Part shown: positions 30,602-41,512 of the stretch, piece by piece
Position numbering within the stretch: the first letter of the stretch is position 1
How the letters are laid out: every line of letters starts with the position of its first letter
Source of the DNA: an uncultured Spirochaetota bacterium
Lineage (GTDB): Bacteria; Spirochaetota; Spirochaetia; SZUA-6; Fen-1364
Reading direction: 5' to 3'
Assembly (NCBI GenBank): GCA_963734545.1
Contig: CAVTHO010000007.1
Coordinates: forward strand, 416,001 to 480,000
DNA length: 64,000 nt
The notes under the pieces: model-generated
The model's input: the letters and a program-made list of their open reading frames with translations, nothing else
Told to the model about the DNA's origin: nothing
Databases searched by the model: none
Translations under genes and position numbers: made by a program

Positions 30602-31639
30602 ATGTCCGCGGTGAATGTCTTGATCGTGGAAAGCGACAGCGAGTGCCTGGCTCTCGAGGAGCAGGCGCTGCAGGATGAGGGGTACGTCCTCCACACCGCG
30701 CGGACGCGGGAGGAGGCGCTGCAGCTGCTCTCCACCCGGGAGATCCAGATTGTCCTCCTTTCCACCGATCTTCGCGCGGAGGACGGATACGAGCTCGCGC
30801 GCACGCTCCGCAAGGAGCAGAAGGAAAAATCGTTTCAACTCCTTCTCCTGGCCCCGGCCCGGGCAGGGGAGGAGATGCGGCAATCGGTAGACGCAGGCTC
30901 GGACGACTTCATTCATAAGCCCTTCGATCAGCACGAGCTGCGGGCGCGCATGCGCGCTGCGCAGAACCGCTGGCAGAATCAGGCGAACCTCGTGAAGGAG
31001 CGTGAGTTCTACCGGATCGCAGTCGCGGAGGAGGAGCGGCTTTCCTCTCTCGTGCTCGACCAGAACCAGAACCTGAAAGACGCATATGACAAGATCCGCA
31101 GGCTGAACGCGGAGCTGGAAAAAGCGAACAGGGAGCTGGAGCAGATCGCTGCGTATGACAGCCTCTCCGGGCTGCTCAACCGGCGGAGCCTCTTTACCCG
31201 GATTTCAATCGAGATCGAGCGGAGCCTTCGGCTCGACGTTCCCCTCACCGGTCTCATGATCGACATCGACCGGTTCAAGAGCATCAACGACAACTACGGC
31301 CACCAGTGCGGGGACACGGTCCTGCACGAGATCGGGGGTCGTCTCCAGGCCGGGCTGCGCAAGTACGACTACGCGGGCCGGTACGGAGGGGAAGAGTTCT
31401 TCGTCGTCCTCTCCAATTCGACCGAGCAGCAGGCATTCGGAATCGGCGAGCGCTTCCGCAAGGACATGGAGGATTCGCAGTTTTCCTGCAGCGGGGAGAG
31501 CTTTACGATAACGGTGTCAATCGGCGTGGCGCGCTACGTGCCGGGTGAAAGCCAGGAATCCTGGATCGAGCGGGCAGACCGCGCCATGTACCAGGCAAAG
31601 CAGGCGGGCCGAAACAAGATCCTGTCCAGCTCGCCGTGA
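30602..31639 (+). CDS. Diguanylate cyclase with a pseudo-receiver domain and coiled coil
   Basis: DSLSGLLNRR, DIDRFK, RKYD I-site, GGEEF; receiver has Ser where the phospho-Asp is expected (IVLLST). Confidence 0.9.
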   Translation: MSAVNVLIVESDSECLALEEQALQDEGYVLHTARTREEALQLLSTREIQIVLLSTDLRAEDGYELARTLRKEQKEKSFQLLLLAPARAGEEMRQSVDAGSDDFIHKPFDQHELRARMRAAQNRWQNQANLVKEREFYRIAVAEEERLSSLVLDQNQNLKDAYDKIRRLNAELEKANRELEQIAAYDSLSGLLNRRSLFTRISIEIERSLRLDVPLTGLMIDIDRFKSINDNYGHQCGDTVLHEIGGRLQAGLRKYDYAGRYGGEEFFVVLSNSTEQQAFGIGERFRKDMEDSQFSCSGESFTITVSIGVARYVPGESQESWIERADRAMYQAKQAGRNKILSSSP

Positions 31640-31645
31640 GGCATG

Positions 31646-32735
31646 TCACTCGGGCAGCACGAGACAACGCGCGGGGTCGACCCATACTTCCCTGAGCCCG
31701 TCCCCGGGCTGAGGGTGGCCAGAGTTGCCCGTCCCCGGCAGCATGCATTCCAGCTCGCCCTCCTGCCCGTTTTTCCCCTCCAGCGCTATCCTGATCGCGA
31801 TGCCCGCGGGCTTGAAAACGCGGGAAATGACGTGTGCGTTCGTTCTCACCGTGCGCGGCTGCGGCGCCATTTGGACCGCCTCGGGCCGGACAAGCAGCTT
31901 CTGACCAAGCGGTGGAGGAACGCGCGGAAGCAGCGCGCCCGGATCCGGTGCGGGGAAAACGCCGATTTGAGTGTCCAGGACCCAGGATTCTCCCAGGCGC
32001 CTGCTCGTCCGGGGAAGAGCGCTCCCAGGCCGAGAAACGATGCGACGAAGCTGTTCGCCGGTGACCTGACGAGGTCCTCCGGCGGTGCCCAGCTGGACGA
32101 GACGTCCCGCATTCACCAGCGCGATTTTCCCCGCCAGGCTCATGGCCTCCTCGGGATCGTGGGTGACATAGAGCGCGGTGACACTCACTTCCCTGAGCAC
32201 CTCCCTGAGCTCGTCAAGCAGGTCCCGCCTCAGCAGGGGATCGAGAGCGCCCAGGGGCTCATCCAGCATCAGGAGCTTCGGCTTCGGAGCAAGGCTGCGC
32301 GCGAGGGCGACACGCTGCTGCTCGCCGCCGGAGAGCGTGAGCACATTGCGCTTCCCGAACCCCCGCAGTCCGACGAGGCGCAGCATCTCCTGGACGCGCT
32401 CCTCCCTGGCGACCCCGGCTCCAACCCTTTCGTTTCAGACCGAAGCCGACGTTCTCCTCGACGTTGAGATGGGGGAAGAGGCAGTAGTCCTGAAACATGA
32501 GCCCGAAGCCGCGCAGGTGAGGCGGCATCCTGTCGAGGTCTCCGCCATTGAGGAGCACCTTTCCCGTGTCGGCGGTTTCCAATCCTGCCGTGATCCGCAG
32601 GAGCGTGCTTTTGCCGCTTCCGCTGGGTCCGAGGATGCCGAGGATCTCTCCTTCATCGATGGCAATGGAAATACCATCCAGGGCGCACCGACCGTTGAAG
32701 TCCCTGCGCACATTCCGCCATTCCAGGAATGGCAT
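31646..32735 (-). CDS. thiQ: Thiamine ABC transporter ATP-binding subunit; apparent frameshift ~32400-32420
   Basis: GPSGSGKS in frame 32259..32789; LSGGEQQRVALARSL, DEPLGALD, VTHD in frame 31646..32386. Confidence 0.8.
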
Positions 32736-34528
32736 CAGAAGAGCTCCGAGCCGCGGTACGCCGCGGATTCGGCGCGTCCAATGGGGCAATGGCCGCGGAC
32801 CCGGCTCCGCGAGTGCGGAAGCGCTCGATTGCGGCGAGCCCGGCGCCGCACGCGGCCATCAGCAGGACGCTCAACGCAAGAGCCTGTCCCTGGTTCAAGT
32901 TCCCCCGGTCGCGTGAGAGAATTGTAGATGAGGACGGGCAGGGTGATCAGCTCGGGGCGCGTCAGTATGGCAGTGGCGCCGAACTCTCCCAGGGAAACGG
33001 TGAAGGCGAATGCGGCGGCCGCGACGAATGCGCGGCTGAGCAGGGGGAGATCGATCTCGAGACGCACCCGCGCGGGCCCCGCGCCCAGGAGGGCGGCTGA
33101 CTCCCGCAGGCGCGGGTTGATGCTGCGCAGCGGCGCCAGCAGGCTGCGTATCACGAGGGGGAGGGCGACCAGCGAGTGAGCGATGGGGATCAGGATCGCC
33201 GAGCCGCGCAGGTCGAAGGACGGCGCGTTGAGCGACACGATGAAGCCGAATCCGAGGGTAACCGCCGATGTGCCGAGGGGCAGCAGGAAAAGGAGGTCGA
33301 TCACGGAAGCGCCGACTCGTCGGACACGGCCGCGCGCCACCTGCCCCCGCGCAATGAGGTAGGCGGCGGGGATGCCGAGTGCCAGCGAAAGGAGCGTGGT
33401 CTGGAGGGCGAAGAGAAGCGAATGCCCCGCGGCCAGAAGCGGAGACGACCAGAAGAGGGAGTGACCGGTGCTCCCGAAGAGCGCCTTCCAGTACGCGAGA
33501 GAAGGGCCGGCGCGAGTGAGGAATGAGCCCGCCACAAGCGCGCCCATGGGCAGCATCAGGGCGGCCGTGGGGAGGATTCCGAACAGGAAAACCTGCACCC
33601 ATTCGCCGGGGGAGCGCGGTGTCTTCCCGGGCGCGCCTTCCGGTCTCAGATTCTGGATGACGCTGAGACGGGACTGAACGCGCGAATACGCGTACATGAC
33701 CAGGGCCGTGGTGGCGAGCTGCACGAGGGAAAGAATCGCCGCAGCGGGCAGGTTGAAAAGGTACAGCGCCTGGCGATAGATCTCGGTTTCCAGGGTCCCC
33801 ACGCGGGGGCCGCCCAGCACGAGAATCACGCCGAAGCTCGAAAAACAGAAGGCGAAAACCAGGAGCGCCGACGCGGAAATGGAGGGAAGCAGGAGTCGGA
33901 GCGTCACGCGCACGAAAGTGGAGAGCCTCCCGGATCCGAGCGTGCGCGCCGCCTCGTCGAGGCGCGTGTCATGCGACAACCACGCGCCTCCCACGATCCG
34001 CACCACGATTGCCACGTTGTAGAAGACGTGGGCCGCGAGCACGGCGGGCAGCGACCGCATGAGGCTCGCCTCCACGGAGGGATTGCCCGTGAGGATCGCG
34101 ACGATCTTCTCCAGCCATCCTCCGGATCCGATGAGCACGACAAAAGCCGAGCTCACCACGACGGTCGGCAGCACGAAGGGAATGGTCAGGAGGGTCCTCA
34201 ATACCGCCTTGCCGGGAAAGTCGTACTGCCCGAACAGCGCTGCTATGGGAAGGCCGCAGACAAGGGAAAGAGCAGTGGACAACAGCGCCTGCACGGCGCT
34301 CGAAATCAGGAGCCTGCCGAGGCCTGCCGCGTCAGCCGCCGCATGGAATGCGCCGATGCCTCCCGCGAGCAGGGGCCGGAGCCCCATGTCGAGAATCCGC
34401 GCGAGCGGGTACAGGAGAAACAGACAGAGAAAGAGCACCGGCAGGGCCGCAAAAGCGGCTCCCGCAAGGTGCCACGGCGCGCGCGGTCCGCGGGCGTGCG
34501 GGGCTAGTGCAGAACGATCTGCGTCCAA
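32735..34528 (-). CDS. thiP: Thiamine ABC transporter permease (two TM repeats); start approximate, C-terminus apparently frameshifted ~32897
   Basis: PFVLPTVV, AHVFYN, EAARTLG and ESAALLGA EAA loops, SLGEFGAT. Confidence 0.82.
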   Translation of the reverse strand: MDADRSALAPHARGPRAPWHLAGAAFAALPVLFLCLFLLYPLARILDMGLRPLLAGGIGAFHAAADAAGLGRLLISSAVQALLSTALSLVCGLPIAALFGQYDFPGKAVLRTLLTIPFVLPTVVVSSAFVVLIGSGGWLEKIVAILTGNPSVEASLMRSLPAVLAAHVFYNVAIVVRIVGGAWLSHDTRLDEAARTLGSGRLSTFVRVTLRLLLPSISASALLVFAFCFSSFGVILVLGGPRVGTLETEIYRQALYLFNLPAAAILSLVQLATTALVMYAYSRVQSRLSVIQNLRPEGAPGKTPRSPGEWVQVFLFGILPTAALMLPMGALVAGSFLTRAGPSLAYWKALFGSTGHSLFWSSPLLAAGHSLLFALQTTLLSLALGIPAAYLIARGQVARGRVRRVGASVIDLLFLLPLGTSAVTLGFGFIVSLNAPSFDLRGSAILIPIAHSLVALPLVIRSLLAPLRSINPRLRESAALLGAGPARVRLEIDLPLLSRAFVAAAAFAFTVSLGEFGATAILTRPELITLPVLIYNSLTRPGELEPGTGSCVERPADGRVRRRARRNRALPHSRSRVRGHCPIGRAESAAYRGSELF

Positions 34529-35551
34529 CTCTGAATCCACGAGCTTCGGTTCCGGTCGATCACCGCGGCATCCATCGCAACCGGCTTCTCCGGGAGCGGG
34601 GCGAGACTGCGGAAGATATCGGGAAGCGGCACTCCGCGGCGTGAGGGGTACACCCACATCTGCAGCGGGATGTCGGCCTGGAATGCGGCGGAGAGCATGA
34701 AATCAACGAACTTGCGGGCAAGGGCCGGTTCCCGTGCCCCCTTGAGGATGCCCACGAACTCCACCTGCCGGAAAGTGCCTGCGATCGGCATGACATTCCC
34801 CGTGGGAGGCTCGGCCGGCTTGGGCTCGGCCGCCGCATAGACCTCGTACGCAGGGCTCGTGGAATAGCTTACCACCAGCGGGCGCCTGCCCTTGCCCTGC
34901 GCGCTGAACTCATTGTAATACGCCTCTTCCCAGCCATTGACAGCCAGGACGTCATTCTTTTTCAGGTCGTTCCAGTACGACTCCCATGTGTAGGCTCCCT
35001 TCTCCCCGAATCTTGAAATCGTTGCGAGAAAGAACGACAGGCCAGGGGAAGAGGTGGCAGGGTTCTCCACGACAAGGAGGCCCCGGTAGAGCGGGCGCGC
35101 AAGATCCTCCAGCGTCCGGGGAAGCGGGATTTTCTTCTGCCTGAACCATGCGCTGTCATAATTCAGGGAGACAAAGCCGAAGTCGACGGGAAGCAGCCGG
35201 TGAGTAGCGTCGAGCTGCAGATCCAGCGGGATTTCTGCAAGCGCGGGGGAGTCGTACCGCTCGAAAATGTCCGCCTCCAGCGCGCGTCCCATGAACGTAT
35301 TGTCGACTCCGTAGAGCACGTCGGCGAGAGGACTCCCCTTCGAGAGGATCGCCTTGTTCAGTGTTTCCCCGGCGTCTCCGCCGGCTGAAAACTGGACGGT
35401 CACATCGTTGGTTTTCTGAAACGCCTCGATCAGCCCCTTGGTGGCAGCGAAAGACGAGTGGGTGAGCACGCGGAGGATCTTCGGCGCCGCGAACCCCGAG
35501 GAAGTGACGAGAACAACGCAGAGAATTGCCGCAAGTCGAGTCTTTGGCCAT
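34504..35551 (-). CDS. thiB: Thiamine ABC transporter substrate-binding protein; apparent 1-nt frameshift ~35545
   Basis: LTHSSF, GVDNT, PVDFG, NPATSSPG, SYSTSPAY, FRQVEF; directly downstream of a TPP riboswitch. Confidence 0.87.
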
Positions 35552-35629
35552 TGAGCACCCCCTGATGGAAAAAGATCGGCGGCCCGTTCAGCCTGGAGGA
35601 AGCGAGATCGCCGGTGTGGGGGTGTGCAC

Positions 35630-35731
35630 GGTCAGTATCCCTTCGCTGGCATTACCCAGATCAGGTTCCACGGGTGTAATCTCAGGCCTTCGCGCGCGGC
35701 CTGCGCCGCGACAAAGACCACCCCACGACTC
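35630..35731 (-). ncRNA. TPP riboswitch
   Basis: GGGGTG...CTGAGATTACACCCGTGGAACCTGATCTGGGTAATGCCAGCGAAGGGA consensus upstream of thiB. Confidence 0.95.
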
Positions 35732-35735
35732 ACAT

Positions 35736-35764
35736 AATGTAGCGCCGCTTGACCCGCCAGTCAA
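35736..35764 (-). promoter_or_regulatory. Putative sigma70 promoter of the thi operon
   Basis: TTGACT-N17-TACATT just upstream of the riboswitch. Confidence 0.6.
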
Positions 35765-35796
35765 GGAGCCACGGTCAAGGAGCCCTGGTCAAGGAG
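35760..35796. repeat. 14-bp-period direct repeat (GTCAAGGAG x3)
   Basis: gtcaaggagccacg gtcaaggagccctg gtcaaggag. Confidence 0.8.
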
Positions 35797-36570
35797 TGCG
35801 CGGCGCCGAGAGGCGTCCTTTCAGCCAGTCAGACATTGCAATCAGCCGGTTCGAAAGCGACTCCTCCCTGCTGTGCCTGTCTCCGATGGGCATCCCCGTG
35901 CGAAGGCATGCGACCCCGTAGAACAGCACGTCTTTGTCCACCGGAATCACCGCCACGAGGCTGACAAGGTTGTGCGGCGTGACCAGGGGGAATATGAAGA
36001 AGGAATCGTGGAAAGGTTTTCGATTTTCGCCACCAGGTGGTCGGTCCGATACCGGAAGCTCTCCTGGTACGGTATCCCGCCGAAGCTCTTGTCCTCCTGC
36101 CAGGTGTAAAGGATGTCATTCTCGGGGATCACGGTGAACACCGGATCCGGGATCCGCGTCGGCTCAGAGGCTGAAGTGATCGCGTATGACTTCGAGAAGA
36201 GTATCTCCATTTTGCCGCGCGACACGGAATAGTAGGTGATGCCGCGCATCGAGCTCACGGCGTGCAGGTCATTGTAGATCTTCAGCCACCCTTCCGGGCT
36301 GTCCATCTGTTCGGCCAGATCGGGGATAAGGCGCAGCATCTCGACTCCCACCGTTGGTTGCAGGGCGCTGACGTCGGCGGCGATGCTCGCCTGGGACGAA
36401 ATGGCGGGAACCAGCCTCAGCACGCCATCCGAGGATACGCTCGAGGAGACGGAAGAGCCATTGCGCAGCTTCTGCAGGGATTCGCCGTCAACGTAGCGCG
36501 CGAGCAGGTCATCCGCCCCTGCCGAAAGCGTGAGAAAGGTCATCAGGATTGCTAGCAGAATGAATCTCAT
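35789..36570 (-). CDS. Exported hypothetical protein; apparent frameshift ~36005
   Basis: Signal peptide MRFILLAILMTFLTLSAGA; VSSMRGITYYSVSR; continues in another frame as SFFIFPLV...ESLSNRLIAMSDWL to TGA at 35789-35791. Confidence 0.7.
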
Positions 36571-36589
36571 GGTAGTGTCAAACTACAGT

Positions 36590-37780
36590 ATGGCAAAGAG
36601 CCTTGCAAGCGCGGGAGAAACAGCCGGATACGGAAGTGCGCGAGTACGCGCTCGGCCCGAAAGCCGTGCCCGTCGGGGGAAAGCCCCGTACGTCGGCGCG
36701 CGCGCACAGGACCTTCCTGTGATCGCATTCACCGGGGGAGGAACCGCAGGGCATGTCTTCCCTGGAATCGCGGTTGCGGAAGAGCTGGGCCGGCGCGCCC
36801 TGTGGATCGGCTCCCCGAACGGGGTGGAGAAGAAGCTTGCCGAGGATGCGGGCATCGAGTTCAGGGGAATCCCCGCCGGAAAGCTGCGGCGGTACTTCTC
36901 CCTTCGCAATCTGAGCGACATTGGCAGGATCATCTCCGGAGTCTTCGCAGCGGTACGGATTCTCAGGAAGGAAAAGCCGGCGTTTCTCTTCTCGAAAGGC
37001 GGATTCGTCAGCGTGCCCCCTGTTGTCGCGGCGCGTTTGTGCGGCGTTCCCACCTATACGCACGAGTCGGACTTCGATCCCGGGCTCGCAACCCGCATCA
37101 ACCTGATGTTCTGCGAGAAGGTGCTGGTTTCCTTTCCCGAGACGATCGATTTTCTCCCCTCGCGTTTCAGGCAGAAAGCCGAGGTGACCGGAAACCCGGT
37201 GCGCCGCGCAGTCTACGGCGCGGATCCGGGACGGGGCCGGCGGTATCTGAAATGTGACCCGTCGATACAGGTCATACTGGTGCTGGGAGGCAGCCAGGGC
37301 TCTTCGTTCATCAACGGTCTGATCGCCGCCTGCCTGCCGCGGCTCGTTCCTCGCTTCTTCGTCGTTCACCAGATGGGCGCGCGCGACTATTCGGCCTCCA
37401 CGCTTGGCAACTACTTTCCCGCGGCATTCTTCAGCGCGGAGCTGCCCGACATCATTGCCGCCGCGGACCTGGTGATCTGCCGGTCGGGTGCAAACACTCT
37501 TGCCGAGCTGGCCGCGCTGGGAAAGCCGTCCCTCCTGATCCCGCTGTCACGGAGCGGCAGCCGCGGAGACCAGCTCCGGAACGCGGAGGTATTCCGCGCC
37601 CGGGGGGCGGCCCTGGTGCTGCAGGAGAAGGACGCTACTGTTGACTCGCTTCTCGCCATGGTGTGCAGCCTGCTCGCGCACCCCCGGCAGCTGCAGGACA
37701 TGGGCCGCAGCGCGGGGTCCCTGAGCGCGGGCCGTCCTGCGGAGACCATTGCGCGCCTCATAAGGGAGAGGCTTTCCTGA
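36590..37780 (+). CDS. murG: Undecaprenyl-PP-MurNAc-pentapeptide GlcNAc transferase (start uncertain)
   Basis: TGGGTAGHVFPG, GKLRRY, KGGFVS, HESD, GGSQG, RSGA, DQLRNA. Confidence 0.93.
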   Translation: MAKSLASAGETAGYGSARVRARPESRARRGKAPYVGARAQDLPVIAFTGGGTAGHVFPGIAVAEELGRRALWIGSPNGVEKKLAEDAGIEFRGIPAGKLRRYFSLRNLSDIGRIISGVFAAVRILRKEKPAFLFSKGGFVSVPPVVAARLCGVPTYTHESDFDPGLATRINLMFCEKVLVSFPETIDFLPSRFRQKAEVTGNPVRRAVYGADPGRGRRYLKCDPSIQVILVLGGSQGSSFINGLIAACLPRLVPRFFVVHQMGARDYSASTLGNYFPAAFFSAELPDIIAAADLVICRSGANTLAELAALGKPSLLIPLSRSGSRGDQLRNAEVFRARGAALVLQEKDATVDSLLAMVCSLLAHPRQLQDMGRSAGSLSAGRPAETIARLIRERLS

Positions 37781-39009
37781 TGTTCGAGAATATCATCGGG
37801 CACGCGACAACCGTGCAGATGCTCCGTGAAGAGCTGGGGTCCGCGCGGTTCCCGCGCGCGTCGCTTTTCTTCGGCCCGCCCTACACGGGGAAGCTTTCCG
37901 CCGCCCTCGAAGCGGCACGGATCCTCACGTGCCGGGAGGGGCGGGCGGAGTGGTCGTGCGTCTGCCAGTCCTGCCGGCTCCAGAAGGAGCTCGTCCATCC
38001 CCATACGGTCCTGCTGGGCACGCGCTACGCGGACGTGGAGATCGCGGCGTGCGCGGGCGTCCTGATGAGAAGCCGCAAGACGCCGACCCTGTATCTCTTT
38101 CTGCGCGCTGTCCGCAAACTCACCCGCCGGTTCGATGCCGCAATTCTCGATGCCGACGACACCAGGCTGAAGGGAGCGCTCGACAGGGTTTCTCTCATCG
38201 AGGACCTTCTGGCGGAGCTGCAGCCGGGCAGGGAGCTGCCGCCCGATCGCGAGCTGGGAGAGCTGCTGGAAAAGGTAGTGGCGGCTGCGATGCAGCTTGC
38301 CGCACAGGTCCGGCCGGACGGCATCACTGTGGGACAGGTGCGCAAGCTGGCCGGCTGGGCGCATATGACCGCCACGGAGTCCCGCAAGGTGGCCATCCTG
38401 GAAAACGCGGATAGAATGCAGGAATCTGCCCGCAATGCCCTGCTGAAATTGCTGGAGGAGCCGCCGGAAGCGGTGCACATCATCCTGCTCTCCACCCGCA
38501 GGGCCGCCATCATGCCCACCATCCTCTCCCGCCTGCGTCCGTACCCGTTCGAGCAGCGCAGCGCGGAAGAGGAAAGGGAAGTCATGGCCAAGATCTTCCG
38601 CGAGGAGACCCCGGCTTTCGAAGGCCTTCGCGGGTACTTCCTCGCGTGGAAGGAGATCAACCCTGAGAAGCTGACCATCCTCGCCGGCAGGTTTCTCGAC
38701 CATGTCTGGAGCCCGGATTCCCCCTCCTTCGACATCGCCGAGGAGCTGTCGCAGCTGCTGCCGGATCGCAAGGGCAGGCGTGAGCGCTCCCCGAAAGAAA
38801 CGATCGTTTCCTTCCTGGAAGAGCTCATGTTCCGGTTCCACGCACAGCTCCGCGAGGGCCGTGGAAGCGTGGAGATCTTCGAGGAGTGGAATGCGGCCGT
38901 GCGGGAGGCCCTCCTGCGCCTGGATATCTACAACATGAGCCCGCAGACGGTGCTGGAATCACTCCTGTACCGCATGCGGCACGTGGCGCGTCAGGAGGCT
39001 GCAGGGTGA
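37780..39009 (+). CDS. holB: DNA polymerase III delta-prime-like clamp-loader subunit
   Basis: MFENIIGH, GPPYTGK, C..C.CQSC, ENADRM, NALLKLLEEPP, PTILSR. Confidence 0.75.
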   Translation: MFENIIGHATTVQMLREELGSARFPRASLFFGPPYTGKLSAALEAARILTCREGRAEWSCVCQSCRLQKELVHPHTVLLGTRYADVEIAACAGVLMRSRKTPTLYLFLRAVRKLTRRFDAAILDADDTRLKGALDRVSLIEDLLAELQPGRELPPDRELGELLEKVVAAAMQLAAQVRPDGITVGQVRKLAGWAHMTATESRKVAILENADRMQESARNALLKLLEEPPEAVHIILLSTRRAAIMPTILSRLRPYPFEQRSAEEEREVMAKIFREETPAFEGLRGYFLAWKEINPEKLTILAGRFLDHVWSPDSPSFDIAEELSQLLPDRKGRRERSPKETIVSFLEELMFRFHAQLREGRGSVEIFEEWNAAVREALLRLDIYNMSPQTVLESLLYRMRHVARQEAAG

Positions 39010-40172
39010 GGAAATTCATCCGCAAGGCCCTGGAGAAGCTCGGCAAGATGGACCTGGACCAGGTCCGCGCCCTGATCGTGCGCATGTCGGAGGAGAACGA
39101 TCTTCTTGGCATGCTCCTGGAGTCGATGACCGACGGCATCATTGTCACCGACCGCGAGCACCGGATCATGCTGTACAACAAGTCCGCGGAGCGGCTGTTT
39201 CCGTTCTCCCAGGATGACATCATGGAACGGGTGCTGTGGGATTGCCTGACGGACAGGGAGCTCGGCGCGTTTTTCTCCGCGAACCTCCGCAACCAGGAAA
39301 AAGTCTCGGACAGGGAGTTCACCCTGGACGGCGCGCCGCCGCGCATTCTCTCGGTCAGCCTTCTGCCGCTGGTCAGGGACGGGAGCGTGCAGGGCAATGT
39401 CGTGCACATCGAGGACGTGACGGAGAAGCGTTCCAAGGAGGCCCGTCTGCGCAGGGCTGAAAGCCTCGCGTCCCTGACCACCCTTGCCGCGGGCGTGGCA
39501 CATGAGATCAAGAACCCGCTGGGTTCCATGGGCATCCACCTCCAGCTCATACAGAAAAAGATCGCCGGCAAGGACTGCATTGAAGCGAAGGATATCGAGC
39601 AGCACCTCGGAGTGATCGGCGAGGAGGTGGACCGGCTGAACAGGATCGTGGTGGACTTTCTTTTCGCCGTGAAGCCGATGGACACCCGTCTGGAGGACGG
39701 GGAGATCAACCCGATCATCGAGGAGCTTCTGGCGTTTGTCCAGCCCGAGCTCGACCAGGCCGGAGTCAAGATAGAGTCGAATCTGGCCGCCTCACTGCCC
39801 GTGCTGCGAATCGACGCCCGCTACATCAAGCAGGCGCTGCTCAACCTCATCAAGAACGGAGTGGCTGCCATGCCGGGCGGAGGAACCCTTCGCGTGGAGA
39901 CACTGCGCGCCGGGGAGGACGTCCTGATACGCGTCTCCGACACGGGCACCGGCATTCCCGAGGAGATCATGGACAAGATCTTCGAGCCGTACTTCACGAC
40001 CAAGCCGTTCGGCACCGGGCTGGGGCTCACGATCGTGTTCAAGATCGTGAAGGAGCACTTCGGCGATATCTCGGTCAGCTCGCGGCTGGGGGAGGGCACG
40101 ACGGTCACCCTCGCTCTGCCCATGCCGCAGAAGGAGAAGATCCTCATCGACTACAAGGGGGAGGCCCAATGA
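39006..40172 (+). CDS. Cytoplasmic PAS sensor histidine kinase (Hk2-like)
   Basis: PAS (LLESMTDGIIVTD), AHEIKNPL, NLIKNG, DTGTGI, FTTK, GTGLGL. Confidence 0.92.
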   Translation: MRKFIRKALEKLGKMDLDQVRALIVRMSEENDLLGMLLESMTDGIIVTDREHRIMLYNKSAERLFPFSQDDIMERVLWDCLTDRELGAFFSANLRNQEKVSDREFTLDGAPPRILSVSLLPLVRDGSVQGNVVHIEDVTEKRSKEARLRRAESLASLTTLAAGVAHEIKNPLGSMGIHLQLIQKKIAGKDCIEAKDIEQHLGVIGEEVDRLNRIVVDFLFAVKPMDTRLEDGEINPIIEELLAFVQPELDQAGVKIESNLAASLPVLRIDARYIKQALLNLIKNGVAAMPGGGTLRVETLRAGEDVLIRVSDTGTGIPEEIMDKIFEPYFTTKPFGTGLGLTIVFKIVKEHFGDISVSSRLGEGTTVTLALPMPQKEKILIDYKGEAQ

Positions 40173-41512
40173 AGCTCAACGTTCTGGTGGCCGACGATGA
40201 GAAGAACATCCGCGAGGGATTGCGCGAGGCCCTGATGCTGGATGGCTACGACGTGCTCCTTGCCGCCGACGGAAAGGAAGCCCTGGACACGGTGAACCGA
40301 GGTGACGTGGACCTGCTCATTACCGACCTGAAGATGCCCCGACTCTCCGGCGAGGAGCTCTTGAAGAACGTCGCCTCCCAGTTTCCGACGGTTCCCGTCA
40401 TCATCCTCACCGGGCACGGGACCATCGAATCCGCCGTGCAGGCCATGCACGACGGGGCCTACGATTTCCTCACCAAGCCGGTGAACCTGGACAGGTTGTC
40501 GCTCCTGGTGAAGAGGGCGCTCGCGAGCCGGGAGCTCGCCGTGCAGAACCGGGCCATGCAGGAGGAGCTGGAGCGGAGGAGCGGCTTCGCGAGCATCATC
40601 GGCAAGAGCGCTGAAATGAAGCAGGTCTTCGACATGGTGCGCCAGGTCGCCCCGTCGCGCAGCTCCGTGCTCATCACGGGGGAGAGCGGCTCCGGCAAGG
40701 AGATGATTGCGGAGGCTTTGCACTACAACTCCCCCCGCAAGGACAAGTCCTTCATCAAGCTCCACTGCGCGGCGCTTACGGAAAGCCTGCTGGAGAGCGA
40801 GCTTTTCGGTCACGAGAAAGGCGCCTTCACGGGCGCCATTGCGCGGAAGAGGGGCAGATTCGAGCTCGCCCACCTCGGGACCCTGTTTCTGGACGAGATC
40901 GGGGAGATAAACCAGAACGTGCAGATCAAGCTCCTGCGCGTGCTGGAGGAGAAGAAGTTCGAGCGCGTCGGAGGAGAGGAAACCATCGAGGTGGACGTGC
41001 GTCTGATTGCCGCAACCAATCGTGACCTGAAGGATGCCATCGCGAAGGGCTCCTTCCGGGAGGACCTCTACTATCGGCTGAACGTGGTCAACATCCATAT
41101 CCCTCCGCTGCGCGAGCGAAAGGAGGACATCCCGCTGCTCGTGGCGGCATTTCTGAAGGAGTTCAGCCAGGAGAACGGGAAGCCCATCGAGGGGATCGAT
41201 CCGAAAGCGCGTCTGGCTCTCTACAATTACTCGTGGCCCGGCAACGTACGGCAGCTGCGCAATTCCGTCGAAAGCGCGGTCGTGCTAGCCAAGGGGTCGA
41301 CGCTCACCCTGGAGGACTTTCCACCCAACATCCGCGGCGAGACGGGTGTCGATACCCTGCGTCTTTCCCTCGGTACAAGCCTGGCCGAGGTGGAGAAAGA
41401 GGTCATTCGGTCCACGCTGGCGCGCGAGGGGGGCAATAAGAGCCGAACTGCCGAAATATTAGGTATAGGGCGCAAGACGCTCCATCGCAAAATCGAGGAG
41501 TACGGATTATGA
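40169..41512 (+). CDS. sigma54-dependent response regulator (Rrp2/NtrC-like)
   Basis: REC (DDE, DLKMP), [32 protein letters not shown]-terminal HTH. Confidence 0.94.
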   Translation: MKLNVLVADDEKNIREGLREALMLDGYDVLLAADGKEALDTVNRGDVDLLITDLKMPRLSGEELLKNVASQFPTVPVIILTGHGTIESAVQAMHDGAYDFLTKPVNLDRLSLLVKRALASRELAVQNRAMQEELERRSGFASIIGKSAEMKQVFDMVRQVAPSRSSVLITGESGSGKEMIAEALHYNSPRKDKSFIKLHCAALTESLLESELFGHEKGAFTGAIARKRGRFELAHLGTLFLDEIGEINQNVQIKLLRVLEEKKFERVGGEETIEVDVRLIAATNRDLKDAIAKGSFREDLYYRLNVVNIHIPPLRERKEDIPLLVAAFLKEFSQENGKPIEGIDPKARLALYNYSWPGNVRQLRNSVESAVVLAKGSTLTLEDFPPNIRGETGVDTLRLSLGTSLAEVEKEVIRSTLAREGGNKSRTAEILGIGRKTLHRKIEEYGL

